A DNA stretch of 64,000 nucleotides from contig OY970178.1 in assembly GCA_963707915.1 (NCBI GenBank), forward strand, positions 3,264,001 to 3,328,000. The letters run 5' to 3'. Below are positions 51,501 through 62,528 of the stretch, piece after piece. The number at the start of each line of letters is the position of its first letter. Within the stretch, counting starts at the first letter, position 1. Both the position numbers and the translations under genes were made by a program. Origin of the DNA: Candidatus Eiseniibacteriota bacterium (GTDB lineage Bacteria; Eisenbacteria; RBG-16-71-46). The notes below the pieces were generated by a model. The model made no database searches. It saw nothing but the letters and a program-made list of their open reading frames with translations, and had not been told where the DNA came from.

Positions 51501-52375
51501 CCACCTGGGACGCCGAATTCGCCGTGAGTCCGCTCGATGCGAACAACTCGGTGACACCCGAGATCGGCGTGGATGGGGCGGGCCGCATCCACGTCGTCTG
51601 GAGCGACACGCGCGACGGCAACCCCGAGATCTACCACCGCATCTGGGATGGCGCCTGGCTGCCCGCCGTGCGGGTCACGGACGCCGGCGGGAACTCCTCG
51701 GTTCCTCGAATCGTGTGCAGCGGCGACTACCTCTACCTGGCCTGGACCGACGAACGCCACGGCCATCCCGAGATCTACTGGCGCAAAGGCACGGTCTGCC
51801 CGAACGGCAACTGCGAGGCGCAGCCCACGCCGACACTGGCCTCGCTCGCGGAGTCGCGCGTCGAGGGCGATCGCGTGCTGCTGCGCTGGTACGTCAGCGG
51901 CGCCAAGCGCGGGAGCGCGGTCGTGTACCGGCAGGCCCCAGGCAAGGAATGGACGAGTCTCGGCGAGCGGAGTCCGGATGGTACCGGCTACCTGGCGTTC
52001 GAGGATGTCGGGGTCACGGCCGGGCTTCGCTACGGATACCGCCTGGGGCTGCGCACGGCGGAGGGAGAGGTGATCGCCGGGGAGACCTGGGTGGATGTGC
52101 CAGCGCTCGGCTTTGCGCTGCAGGGTGTGCGCCCGAATCCGGCCGAGGGCGTGGTGTTGTCGGTGCACTTCACCCTGCCCGACGCGGCACCCGCATCACT
52201 GGCGTTGTACGACGTGTCGGGGCGGCAGATACAGAAGCTCGACGTGGGCTCGCTCGGCGCGGGTGCCCACGTGGTAGAGCTGAGGCCGCATTCCTCACTG
52301 GCCGCCGGAGTCTACCTCCTGCGACTGTCGCAGGGCCCGCGCGCGGCGACCCAGAGAGTCGCGTTGGTCAGATAG
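48545..52375 (+). CDS. Large secreted multidomain protein (InlB B-like repeats, Ig-like domains, propeller-like repeats, T9SS-like CTD)
   Basis: GGGAGG RBS; signal peptide; three ~73-aa repeats; PNGGE domain; repeated HVVW.D...EIYY blades; RPNP...LYDVSGR...GVYLLRL. Confidence 0.85.
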   Translation: MGRASRRAFRALRLPGQLLLVAIAMILTAPATQAAETDYTWLFNGSTNGWTASSGTSVSSAGGSLHVVFATGGGIYTPVINYIPGQDTYHRDYVRFGYQIVSGMVGRLQFNFSTDTRPNFSSTSRDLSGLIRDGGWHYVTFRVDDIGDWSGSNRITQMRFVAIGSGGGGASGTMNFDFMALREDDKLPQTYSCPRGTDIVSVSPAGWTNGPITVTVRGNDPGPYLFPECGPTPPDQYGSGVAVFRYAVNGSWAGVDYNDQDSQWPTGWSQASIEVPPGSMRVGANAFLVHANDRVGFQATSSTSATLYYDPTPPVISDAGTSGPGTYSSNATVTFSLDDEGRSGVQGYSVTWDNSSRPGAPAVLASYGSVSIGDGGAPYSSHALYVHGYDNLGNATTKYMGSWTYVPPHSILATAGANGSISPSGTITVGHGASQTFTITPSACYRISDVVVDGASVGAVSSYTFSNVQSNRSISAYFALNTYAISASAGAGGSISPGSGSVNCGSSPTYTITPSACYRIADVVVDGASVGAVSSYTFSNVQASHSISASFAITTYTISASAGAGGSISPGSVSVNCGSSQTFTIAPNACCRIADVVVDGSSVGTVGSYTFTNVQSGHSIAASFADATAPDVHVLYPNGGESLVAGSMAMLTWVAIDSAGVTGVDLYLSRGGPSGTFTPLVAGIPNSGTVGWMVTGPASSDCYLKVVAHDANGNTGEDRSDMAFAIAVVRDSIVWCPEQRITSDTPHSEAPDLAATASGVHVVWQEKAEGDTDFGVRFSSGARQWPADTLLWQSALALSGAPSSHSPSIAVDSQDRLHVVWVRDEEPATEEVYYRRWNGTWSEPECLRTGQNPVQHPSVMVDGAADVHVMWSESVLGQGTIYHKRWHSAWVPEEVVSAGTGQADPDLAADPQNRLHAVWLSSGGDGPGVYYKSWDTAWGDEGRVNAIPVAAESPAVTVDAVGRIHVVWSDSRTGHPEVYYRSGNGTTWDAEFAVSPLDANNSVTPEIGVDGAGRIHVVWSDTRDGNPEIYHRIWDGAWLPAVRVTDAGGNSSVPRIVCSGDYLYLAWTDERHGHPEIYWRKGTVCPNGNCEAQPTPTLASLAESRVEGDRVLLRWYVSGAKRGSAVVYRQAPGKEWTSLGERSPDGTGYLAFEDVGVTAGLRYGYRLGLRTAEGEVIAGETWVDVPALGFALQGVRPNPAEGVVLSVHFTLPDAAPASLALYDVSGRQIQKLDVGSLGAGAHVVELRPHSSLAAGVYLLRLSQGPRAATQRVALVR
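49770..50420 (+). repeat. Three intragenic tandem repeats of about 219 bp
   Basis: CGCCTGCTATCGCATC...GACGTGGTCGTGGACGG recurs at about 49870, 50089 and 50308. Confidence 0.85.
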
Positions 52376-52392
52376 CGCGTCGTCTGGAGTGG

Positions 52393-52431
52393 AGGGAGGC
52401 GGCCGGATGGCGACACCTGGCCGCCTCCCTC
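52393..52431 (+). terminator. Hairpin after the large secreted protein gene
   Basis: AGGGAGGCGGCC ... GGCCGCCTCCCT inverted repeat. Confidence 0.55.
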
Positions 52432-52589
52432 TCGAATCCGCCGCTTGCGATGCTCATCTGCTCACCAACGCCTGTGGTGTGCCAACGTGGGAGCCCGCCG
52501 GCGGGCCTCGGGATCGCCGTGCCCCGCGAGCGGAACTCGGGCGAGGATCCGGGAGGGGAATCCGGCGTGTCGCGACGGGTGGCAAGAGA

Positions 52590-52919
52590 GCACAATCAAG
52601 GCGCTGATTCCCTTGCGGGGACCTGCCGCTCAGGGCCTTCGCAACGGCGGTCAAGCGGCTGGCGGGCTTCCGGTTCCACGCCCGCCAGCCGCGCCTCCCG
52701 TTCGCTTGCACGCGGCTGGAGCGGGGTGGTAGCTTAGCCGCCCTGCAAGCCGTCCTGGGACACTCCACGATCGTCACAACGCAGCGGTACGCGCGACTAT
52801 CGGACGAGCACGTCTGGGCGGAGGCAGAGCGGATAGGCGGACGTTCGGTAGCAGATTCGGTAGCACGCAGGTTCGCAAGCGACTCTCAGGACACCCGCAA
52901 GATAGCAGCGGCCAGGTAG
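52590..52919 (+). pseudogene. Tyrosine recombinase/integrase C-terminal remnant
   Basis: Frame from 52641 reads ATAVKRLAGFRFHARQPRLPFACTRLERGGSLAALQAVLGHSTIVTTQRYARL; HxLRH box degraded, no N-terminus. Confidence 0.8.
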
Positions 52920-52921
52920 TT

Positions 52922-53007
52922 GGAGGGATGGCCGAGTGGTTGAAGGCGGCGGTCTTGAAAACCGCTGAGCGAAAGCTCCGTGGGTTCGAATCCTACTCCC
53001 TCCGCCA
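52922..53007 (+). tRNA. tRNA-Ser(TGA)
   Basis: GGAGGGA acceptor, anticodon loop CTTGAAA, long variable arm, GTTCGAATC, CCA end. Confidence 0.96.
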
Positions 53008-53014
53008 GTTGTCT

Positions 53015-53106
53015 GGAGAGGTGGCCGAGTGGCTGAAGGCAGCCGCCTGCTAAGCGGTTGACTGGGTAAAACCGGTCCGGAGGTTCGAATCCTCTCCTCT
53101 CCGCCA
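53015..53106 (+). tRNA. tRNA-Ser(GCT)
   Basis: GGAGAGG acceptor, loop CTGCTAA, long variable arm, CCA end. Confidence 0.96.
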
Positions 53107-53129
53107 GTAACGGGTACAGCAGCAAGCGT

Positions 53130-53206
53130 GCGCCCTTAGCTCAATTGGATAGAGCATCTGACTACGGATCAGAAGGTTGGGGGTTCAAATCCTCCAGGGC
53201 GCGCCA
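53130..53206 (+). tRNA. tRNA-Arg(ACG)
   Basis: GCGCCCT acceptor, loop CTACGGA, GTTCAAATC, CCA end. Confidence 0.96.
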
Positions 53207-53224
53207 TCCTACCTGTGGGCCTGA

Positions 53225-54481
<1,257 letters not shown>

Positions 54482-54580
54482 CCGGCCGGGGACGTCGATC
54501 GAGGCGGGGCGGCGCTGCCCCGCGATCCTGCGGGGGCCGGTCCGGGAGGACGGCCCCCGCGGGCGTTCGCGCCCCCGCGG

Positions 54581-55256
<676 letters not shown>

Positions 55257-55500
55257 CCCAAGAGCTCCGGGCAAGGGCTGAGGAGTTGGCCGTGACCGTT
55301 GTGGAGCTCTCGCCGGCGACGATCCGCGAGCGCGTGGTTGGGAACCCGAGGGCGACGAAGATCGACGTAGCCGAAGCGCTCACCGGCGATCGATTCCCCC
55401 AGCCTCGAGCACTGCTTCCTCAGCGCCCGACTAGTCCCGCGCTGGGGCTACGGCCGCGGGACAAGAACTGGCTGCACATGTTTTGCTGGCTCTGGGAACG
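55257..55500 (+). pseudogene. RuvC-like nuclease C-terminal fragment
   Basis: VVELSPATIRERVVGNPRATKIDVAEAL resembles the RuvC E.xP..IK..V.G.G.A.K motif; begins at the IS end with no start codon. Confidence 0.4.
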
Positions 55501-56003
55501 GCGGTCCTGGATCAGGCTCAGCCTCGGGGGCCCGGGTCGAGAAGGCGACTGCAGATCCAGTAATTGGAGGGTAGTCTCAGCGACGAGCGTGCCCGGTTGG
55601 AAGGCCGCGCTGCGCGAATTTCAACCGACTCGATTCCTGCTTGACTAGACGCTTCCGGCAATGGCGGGAACGGCCGTGAATTCTTGAGCCCAGCACGCGC
55701 CCACGTCGCCCTTCTCCGGGACGGCGAAAGAAGGCCCCATGAACGCCAAGTCCTTGGTTCTTACGATGTCGCCGGTCGCCGTTGCCGCACCCCCGGTTGT
55801 GGCCGCGAGCGCCACCGCCACCGAGATATTGACCACAGCCACCTTCCCGTTTGGAGTACCTACGGACGGCCTCGTCGGCCCTGGTGCCGGGCACCGTGAA
55901 GGCCTGCCATTTGTAGCGGGGGCCGCGTCTCGGCAATTTGCCGTGCCAGCTGTGGTCTATCGATGATGCACCGCACCGACTCCCTTTGCGCACGGAGAGG
56001 AAT

Positions 56004-57980
56004 ATGACCTCACGTGGACTTGAGTTCATGCGATATGCAGCGGCGCTTGCTATGACTATTGCTTCCATCTATTCCATCGCGATCAATACAGATGCGGTCT
56101 TCGCCTGGGACGCCGCGGGTACCCCGATTTGCACCGCCACGGGAGATCAGTACAACATTGCCCTGGTATCTGACGGATCAGACGGCCTGTACTTCGCTTG
56201 GGGTGACAACAGGACCGGGCAACAGCACCTCTACGCCCAACGCCGACGAGGGGACGGATCGATCGCCCCGGGCTGGCCGGTTGACGGGCTTGCCGTGACG
56301 AGTACGGCCCGAACATTGGGTCTGCCGTATGTTGCGCTGGGAGACTCGGGCCGCCTCTTCGTCGCCTGGTCCGATCCTCGGAACGGCGATTTTGACGTGT
56401 TCCTGCAGTGCATCTGCGGATCTGGAGAAACGGCACCGGGTTGGCCGCCCGAAGGCCAGCCAATCTGCACGGCGAGCGGGAACCAGTACGTGTCGTCGCT
56501 TCTCTCGACAGCGGGGGGTGTCTTCGTTGCCTGGACGAGCGGTCCCAGCGGAGCTCAGGCTGCCTTCATGCAGCGAATCGCCCCGAGTGGGGCTGTGTGG
56601 CCGGGTTGGCCGGTGGATGGCCTCCTGGTATGTGATGCGCCTGGGACCCGGTACGTGCCGCAACTTTGCGCGGATGGGGCCGACGGGGCGATCGTCGTGT
56701 GGACGGACTACCGGGCCGGGAACCCTGACATCTATGCCCAGCGCATCAGCTCCGCTGGAGCGGTGTCGCCGGGCTGGCCTGCTGACGGTCTGCCGGTATG
56801 CGCAGACAGCGCGAATCAGGCCGACCCCGCGATCTGGCCGGATGGTGCCGGCGGTGCCGTGGTCTCCTGGACAGACTGGCGCAACCTCGGCAGCGACATC
56901 TTCGCGCAGCGCATCGTCTCCGGTGCGGCCTTGTGGACGGATAATGGCGTACCCGTGTGCACGTATTCCGGGAATCAGGGCAAGTCCCAGGTGGCGATGT
57001 GCGGTAACGCGGATACGATCATGGTCGTATGGAATGATTTGCGTAGTGGCTGGTATGCGCCATACGCTCAGGAACTCCTGCTCGACGGCAGCGTCCTGGT
57101 CGGATGGCCCGAGAATGGGATTGGCATCAACTCGACCATCAACTACGGCGTCGCCGGAATATCCCTCGCGCCGGATGGGATTGGCGGAGCGTATGTCGCG
57201 TGGAGCTCGTGCTACGACAACGTTGGGAGCCAATATGATGTCCTGTGCCAGCGTCTCACTCCAAGCGGTCAGCCCGCCGCGGGCTGGCCGCCCGGCGGAC
57301 GGCTGGTCTCCGGAGAACAAGACAACCAGATCAACCCGAGACTCCTCCTCCTAGACGAGAACTTGGTAGCAGCCTGGGAGGACCACCGTGGTTCCGACTT
57401 GGACATCTACGCCGCTGCGGTCACTCCGTCCGGAGTGGTGCCGACGAGACTAGCTCTTGTGCGTGTCGTAGTTGATGCGACAGGTGTCCACCTACTGTGG
57501 CAAGGTAGCGCATACTCGGGCCGCACGCTGTACCTGTTCAGGGCGGTCAACAGCAACGCGCCGGTTCTGGCAGCCGAACTGGATGTGGCCGCGAATGGCC
57601 TGGTCGGCTTTGACGATAGCAACGCCGAAGAAGGTACCGTCATCCACTACTCGCTCTATGACACCAGGGAGCGAAGTGAGGACCCCCTCGACACTCTGAT
57701 TGTCGCCATACCAGGCGAAGCGCCGGTCTCGAAGCCGGCGCTTGCACCGAATCCCACCTCTGGCACCGTGCGGCTACGACTCCCAGCGCAGTCCGCCGGG
57801 CCGGTGTTCGCGGAGTACTTCGACCCGCGTGGACGGCATCTTGGCCGAGAGCGTGTCTACGCGGACCGCGGCGGGGGTGCAACGCTGCACGGATTGGACG
57901 GCCTCCCCAGCGGTAGCTACCTCGTCCGCGTTGTTCGCCCGGATACGAGCTACATCCAGAAGGTCATCGTGCTACGCTAA
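56004..57980 (+). CDS. Secreted repeat protein with T9SS-like C-terminal domain
   Basis: GGAGAGG RBS; signal peptide; repeated DG..G...W.D.R...DIYAQR....GWP.DG..VC units; APNP...FDPRGR...GSYLVRV...QKVIVLR. Confidence 0.82.
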   Translation: MTSRGLEFMRYAAALAMTIASIYSIAINTDAVFAWDAAGTPICTATGDQYNIALVSDGSDGLYFAWGDNRTGQQHLYAQRRRGDGSIAPGWPVDGLAVTSTARTLGLPYVALGDSGRLFVAWSDPRNGDFDVFLQCICGSGETAPGWPPEGQPICTASGNQYVSSLLSTAGGVFVAWTSGPSGAQAAFMQRIAPSGAVWPGWPVDGLLVCDAPGTRYVPQLCADGADGAIVVWTDYRAGNPDIYAQRISSAGAVSPGWPADGLPVCADSANQADPAIWPDGAGGAVVSWTDWRNLGSDIFAQRIVSGAALWTDNGVPVCTYSGNQGKSQVAMCGNADTIMVVWNDLRSGWYAPYAQELLLDGSVLVGWPENGIGINSTINYGVAGISLAPDGIGGAYVAWSSCYDNVGSQYDVLCQRLTPSGQPAAGWPPGGRLVSGEQDNQINPRLLLLDENLVAAWEDHRGSDLDIYAAAVTPSGVVPTRLALVRVVVDATGVHLLWQGSAYSGRTLYLFRAVNSNAPVLAAELDVAANGLVGFDDSNAEEGTVIHYSLYDTRERSEDPLDTLIVAIPGEAPVSKPALAPNPTSGTVRLRLPAQSAGPVFAEYFDPRGRHLGRERVYADRGGGATLHGLDGLPSGSYLVRVVRPDTSYIQKVIVLR

Positions 57981-57988
57981 TTCGCTGG

Positions 57989-58408
57989 GTGGTCCCGTCC
58001 AGGCAATGCGGCTCTTCACGCTCGGCGATGTCCCCATTGACTGACCTTCCCCCCGGACGGTGCCTCGTCCCCGTCGAAGTGACGCTGGGCGGGCGGTACG
58101 CTGTCGATGCAGTGCTTCCTTCCGATATCACGTGGGTGGGACCCCCTACTACACCATGGCGTATGTACCGGAATACCCGCATCCGGCCGGCGTATCGGCA
58201 GGGCGTGGCGCGGCCGTACGTGGCGCACGTGCTGGTCGGGCGGGACGGGCGGGTGCTCGACGTGCGGATCGACCAGGGCCACAGCGTCCCGATGCTGGAC
58301 GAGGCGGCGGTCCGCGCGGCGCGACAGTGGGTGTTCACGCCCGCGTTCGCCAACGGCAAGCCGGTCGCCGTGTGGGTGGCGGTGCCGTTCAATTTCAGCC
58401 TGCAGTAG
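57989..58408 (+). CDS. TonB C-terminal domain protein (possibly truncated)
   Basis: VLVGRDGRV...LDEAAVRAARQWVFTPA..NGKPVAVWVAVPFNF; start uncertain. Confidence 0.65.
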   Translation: MVPSRQCGSSRSAMSPLTDLPPGRCLVPVEVTLGGRYAVDAVLPSDITWVGPPTTPWRMYRNTRIRPAYRQGVARPYVAHVLVGRDGRVLDVRIDQGHSVPMLDEAAVRAARQWVFTPAFANGKPVAVWVAVPFNFSLQ

Positions 58409-58489
58409 GACGGTCGCGCCCGCGGCCGCCGCGAAACCGGACGCCCGCGCCGGGTCCGGCGCGGGCGTCGGCGCGGTGCGGCGGGGGAC

Positions 58490-58939
58490 TCAGGCGGCCT
58501 TGGATGCCTCGAGGGCCGCGAGCGCGTCCGCGGCCGGGCCGACCTTGACCTCGCGTGCGGCGTGGGTCAGCACGTAGGCCCGCAGGTTGTTGCTCGACGG
58601 ATCGGCGGGGGTCATGAAGAAGCCGCTGCGGTCCGGCATGTAGGTGAGCGTGTAGCCGAAGACCAGTTCGCCGTCCTTGAAGCGGATCGCGATCTTCTTG
58701 CCACGGCTGATGTCGCTCGTCGCACAGGCGAACCCGCGCACCTCGTGCCGGCTTCGATCGCCGGCGAAGTCCTTGACGAAGAACACCGCCTTCAGGTCTT
58801 TGCAGTGGATGTCCCTGGCCTCGCTGGATCCGGCGGGCCGCAGGTGGAAGGTCGGCCGGTTGGGGAAGAAGTCCTCGGTCGTGCCCTTCAGCAGGTGACC
58901 GTCCAGGAACCTCACGACAACCTTGTTGGTTTCGCTCAC
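58490..58939 (-). CDS. Conserved hypothetical protein (DUF6982-like)
   Basis: GGAGG RBS; NKVVVRFLDGHLLKG, LKAVFFVKDF, FKDGE, GFFMTPADPSSNN. Confidence 0.75.
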   Translation of the reverse strand: MSETNKVVVRFLDGHLLKGTTEDFFPNRPTFHLRPAGSSEARDIHCKDLKAVFFVKDFAGDRSRHEVRGFACATSDISRGKKIAIRFKDGELVFGYTLTYMPDRSGFFMTPADPSSNNLRAYVLTHAAREVKVGPAADALAALEASKAA

Positions 58940-59141
58940 GATGACGCCTCCGAGGAACGGGCTCGCACTCGGGTCCATGGGGTGATCGGGCGCACGGTGA
59001 CAGAACTCGGACCACCGGGGTTGTCGGCAGGTCGGGGGGCGGGCTTGAGCGGGACCGCCCCGGGGGGCCAAGCCCGCGCCCCGCGGCCGGAAGGGCCCGC
59101 GGGGCGCGGGGGCAATGCCAGGTTCGCCGCCTGGCGGAGCG

Positions 59142-60349
59142 CTAGAAGCCGAGATCCAGCCGTGCGGTGGCGAAGTCCTCGGCCGGATCGTCGGCCGCAT
59201 GCGTGTCGATCACCCGGCGCGAGTACTCCAGGTGCAAGCGCCAGGTTGTCGGCGAAGTAGTAGCGTCCGCCGCCGGTCAGGCGGGTGACGTCCTCGCCGA
59301 GCCAGGTGGGGACCTGGACCAGGTCGTAGCGGGCGAAGGCCACGCACTGGACCTGCGGCTGCCAGCTCAGCTCCGCGAAGAAGCCGTTCCAGCAGACGTC
59401 ATCCGGCCGGCCCCAGAGCGTCCGGTTGTCGTTGCCGTAGAGCCACTGTGCGGCGAGGTTCACCTGCGCCAGGTTGAGGCTCGCGTCCACGCCGACCCGG
59501 GTGAAGCTCTCGAGCGCGCCGGGGACGGCATCCGGGTCGGCACGCCCCGGCCGGGCCCTGCCGACGTAGCCGGTCACGCCGATCCGTTGGCCCGCCGACT
59601 GCCCCTCGCCCTCGCCGATCACCATCGACGCGCGCGCGTAGACGTCGGCCGGACCGTCGTCGGGCAGGTTGGTGGCGGAGCCGTTGACCAGGCCGGCGGC
59701 GTAGGCGAAGCCGCGACCGCTGCCGGTGAGCTCGACGCCCTCCCGGGTCTCCGAGAACGGCGAGCCGCCGGGGAAGGCGTACTCGTAGACCTCGTAGGGA
59801 GTGATGCCCAGGTGGCGCTTGACGCTGAAGGCCGCGTACGCGGGCTCGAAGCGCCCGGCCCGCAGGTTCAGCCACGGCGAGCCCAGGCCGCTGAAGACGA
59901 CGCTCGCCATCTCGATCGTCCCTTCCTGCTCCTCGACCCCGCGCGAGCCGGCGAGCTGCGGCGGGTAGACCAGCAGGTAGCTGACGTGCGGGCGCGAGGA
60001 CGCCGGCCGACAGGACGTCCAGGCCGTGCACGCGGAACCCGCTGGTGTTCGTGCCCACGGCGCCGTGCTCGAACTGCTGGTGCGTGTAGCCGTGGCTGGT
60101 CCGCAGGGCGAACGGGGGCGGGCTGTCGAGGACGGTCTTCTCCTCGTTCTCGCGGCCCGGCAGCCGGTAGCCGTTGGCGCGGAAGCGCTGGCCCCAGTCG
60201 TTCAGGCGCGGGAAGCCCGAGTGGCAGGTGGTGCAGTTGAGACCGTACTTGCGCGCGAACACCGGCACGGCGCCGGCCGGCGCCGGCCGCAGGGCGAGCA
60301 GCGTCGCGGTCGCGAGCACGGCCGCCAGAGCGATGCGGAGGGTCTTCAT
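59142..60349 (-). CDS. Cyc2-like fused monoheme cytochrome c-porin (frameshifts near 59990 and 59238)
   Basis: Signal peptide then AVPVFARKYGLNCTTCHSGFPRLNDWGQRFRANGY; beta-barrel-like remainder ending RLDLGF*. Confidence 0.78.
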
Positions 60350-61391
60350 CGCGGGCCTCCTCCCTGCGCGTGGTCGCCCTCGGGCAGCGCCGGGGGCGTC
60401 GATCTTCGGCTGGGTCCCGGTGAGCGCCTCGAGGAACGCGACCAGGTCCGCCTTCTCGCGCGTCGTCAGCCGGAGCGGCAGCATCAGCGGGTCGAGGTTC
60501 GGGTTCGCGGATCCCGCCGCGGTCGTAGTAGTCGACCACGTCCGCCAGGGTCTTCTCGGATCCGTCGTGCAGGTAGGGGGCGGTCAGCGCGATGTTGCGC
60601 AGGCCCGGCGTCTTGAAGCGGCCGCGGTCGCGCGGGTCCTTCGAGATCGCCTCGCGGCCGAGGTCGGGCTTGGGCTTGTCCATCCCGACCCCGATGTTGT
60701 GGTAGCCCTGGTCGGAGAAGGCGGGCCCGCTGTGGCAAGGCGTGCAGTGGCCCTTGCCGTTGAAGAGGTTCATGCCGCGGACCGCGGCGGGCGTCATGGC
60801 CGACTTCTCGCCCGCGAGCCAGCGGTCGTAGGGCGCGGGGCCGGTCACGACCGTGCGCTCGAAGGCGGCGATCGCCTTGGCGATGCCGTCGGTCGTGACG
60901 TCGGTGCCGAAGACCGTGTTGAACTGCGCCCGGTAGCCCGGGATGGCGTTGAGCTTGCGCACCACGTTCTCGAGCGTCTCGCCCATCTCGATCGGGTTGT
61001 GGATGGGCCCGAGCGCCTGCTCCTCGAGCGAGGCGGCGCGGCCGTCCCAGAACTGCACGCGCATGTAGGCGGCGTCGAGGATGGTGCCCGAGTTGCGCCC
61101 GCCGACCTGCCCGCGGATGCCGGTGTCGGTCGGGTGGTGGTTCGCCCACCCGGTCTTCGGGGCGTGGCAGGTCGCGCAGCTGATGGTGTTGTCCGCGGAG
61201 AGCCGCGTGTCGAAGTAGAGCTGCGCGCCGAGCCGGACCTTCGCGTCGGTCTGCGGGTTGTCCGCCGGCACCGGCACCGGCGGCAGCGGACCGTTCGCGA
61301 GGTTCTGACCCAGGGCGCCGGGGGACCACGGCATGACCAGCCCTGCGAGGGCCGTGGCCAGGAGGAGCGAGGTCCAGCGTGCTCTCATCAT
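60346..61391 (-). CDS. Di-heme cytochrome c peroxidase/MauG family (frameshifts near 60510 and 60395)
   Basis: AAGGAG RBS; LYFDTRLS, CATCH, QFWDGRA, NPIEM, CTPCH, FKTPGLRN, PYLHDG, LVAFLEALT. Confidence 0.9.
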
Positions 61392-61494
61392 GCGGCTCCT
61401 TTCGGTGGAAGGGGTGACCGTCACCGGGACCGCGCGAGAGTGCCGCCGCGCCCGCCCGGCGTCAATCGGCTTCTGAGGTAGTCCCTGGTGGCCC

Positions 61495-61532
61495 AAAAGG
61501 CGGCGACCACCCCCCGAGGGGAGTGGTCGCCG
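61495..61532 (-). terminator. Rho-independent terminator
   Basis: Minus strand CGGCGACCAC...GTGGTCGCCG hairpin followed by CCTTTT. Confidence 0.65.
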
Positions 61533-61560
61533 TTGACCGGGGCCTGTCGGTCGCTGCGAA

Positions 61561-62283
61561 CTAGCGGTAAATGGACTTGAGCGAACCCCAGGTGGTGGTC
61601 TTGCTCGGGGTGGCGCAGTCCGACGTCAGCGTGAGCGAGATGGACGTGAAGTCCCACCACGCGCCCAGCGTCCGGGTCGGGGTGCAGCTGGTGCTGAGCA
61701 GGGCCGGGTAGTTGGCCGGCATGACGTTGCCGAGGTCCGTGGTGCCCACGCGGGTGCCGTTGCCGATCGAGAAGCCCATGCAGAGCGTCGGGTAGTTGTT
61801 GAAGTGCGCCGCCGCCTGGACGTTCGTGATCGCCGCGTAGGGAACGAAGTTGGAATACATCACGGTCTCGTACTCGACGTAGCTGTCGAAGACGCCCGGG
61901 TAATCGGCATCGCCGTTCGCCCACGGGCCGGTTCCGCTCAGCCAGAAGATGCCGCCGCTATAGACCTTCATGAAGGTGCGCTGGCCGTTGCCCTGCGGGG
62001 TGACGTAGCCGCCGATCTGGATCCCCGGCGTCAACTCGGTGCCACAGGTGTACCGCCAGACGCCGCCCAGCACGCTGCCGTCCCAGGACCCGCAGTTCTG
62101 CGTGGTGTTGATCCCCATCGCGTTGCCGCCCGCGTCCCAGCCCTCGGTGTAGCGTCCGGCCGGGATCGTGCCGCCGATGTCCGTGCTCTGGTAATTGCCG
62201 GACAGGGGCGCGGCGGCCAGGGAGACCGTCGCCGAGAAAGCCATCGCCGCCAGGACCAACAGAATCGTAACCGTTCTCTTCAT
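61561..62283 (-). CDS. Secreted protein with C-terminal TWGxLKxxYR motif
   Basis: GGAGG RBS; signal peptide MKRTVTILLVLAAMAFSATVSLA; ends KTTTWGSLKSIYR. Confidence 0.85.
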   Translation of the reverse strand: MKRTVTILLVLAAMAFSATVSLAAAPLSGNYQSTDIGGTIPAGRYTEGWDAGGNAMGINTTQNCGSWDGSVLGGVWRYTCGTELTPGIQIGGYVTPQGNGQRTFMKVYSGGIFWLSGTGPWANGDADYPGVFDSYVEYETVMYSNFVPYAAITNVQAAAHFNNYPTLCMGFSIGNGTRVGTTDLGNVMPANYPALLSTSCTPTRTLGAWWDFTSISLTLTSDCATPSKTTTWGSLKSIYR

Positions 62284-62461
62284 CTGCAACCTCCTTCGAA
62301 GGGGGAGCTGCTGCGTGGCCCGAGGAGTCTGTGGGTGCGGTCGACGTCGCGACCGCGACCAGGTGCTGCCCCGATTCATTTCCTCCCAGGCGACATCGTG
62401 AGATGCGCGGCCCATCGCGTGGATCCAGCCAGAATCCGAGCGTCTACCCTGACTCGCAGGG

Positions 62462-62528
62462 ATTATGGAATCGACCCGGCAAGGCCGCCATGCCGCAGAT
62501 CAAGTCCGGACTTGACCGCGGTCAAGTC
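62462..62528 (-). promoter_or_regulatory. Class II FNR-type promoter with tandem FNR boxes
   Basis: TTGAC-N4-GTCAA at 62512-62525 and TTGAT-N4-GGCAT at 62490-62503; -10 CATAAT at 62467-62462. Confidence 0.7.

Noticed and set aside
52922..53007. tRNA with TGA in the anticodon loop as tRNA-Sec or a UGA suppressor
   Set aside because: Anticodon UGA reads UCA (Ser); tRNA-Sec has anticodon UCA and an 8-bp acceptor stem. No sel genes are visible in the window.
55577..56000. Short ORFs between the RuvC-like stub and the secreted protein gene
   Set aside because: No recognisable motif, RBS or consistent frame; may be a decayed gene but cannot be supported.
59399..60484. Peroxidase-Cyc2 fusion ORF
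   Set aside because: Removing one base from the homopolymer near 60395 gives a normal stop overlapping the next ATG; the porin has its own RBS and signal peptide.
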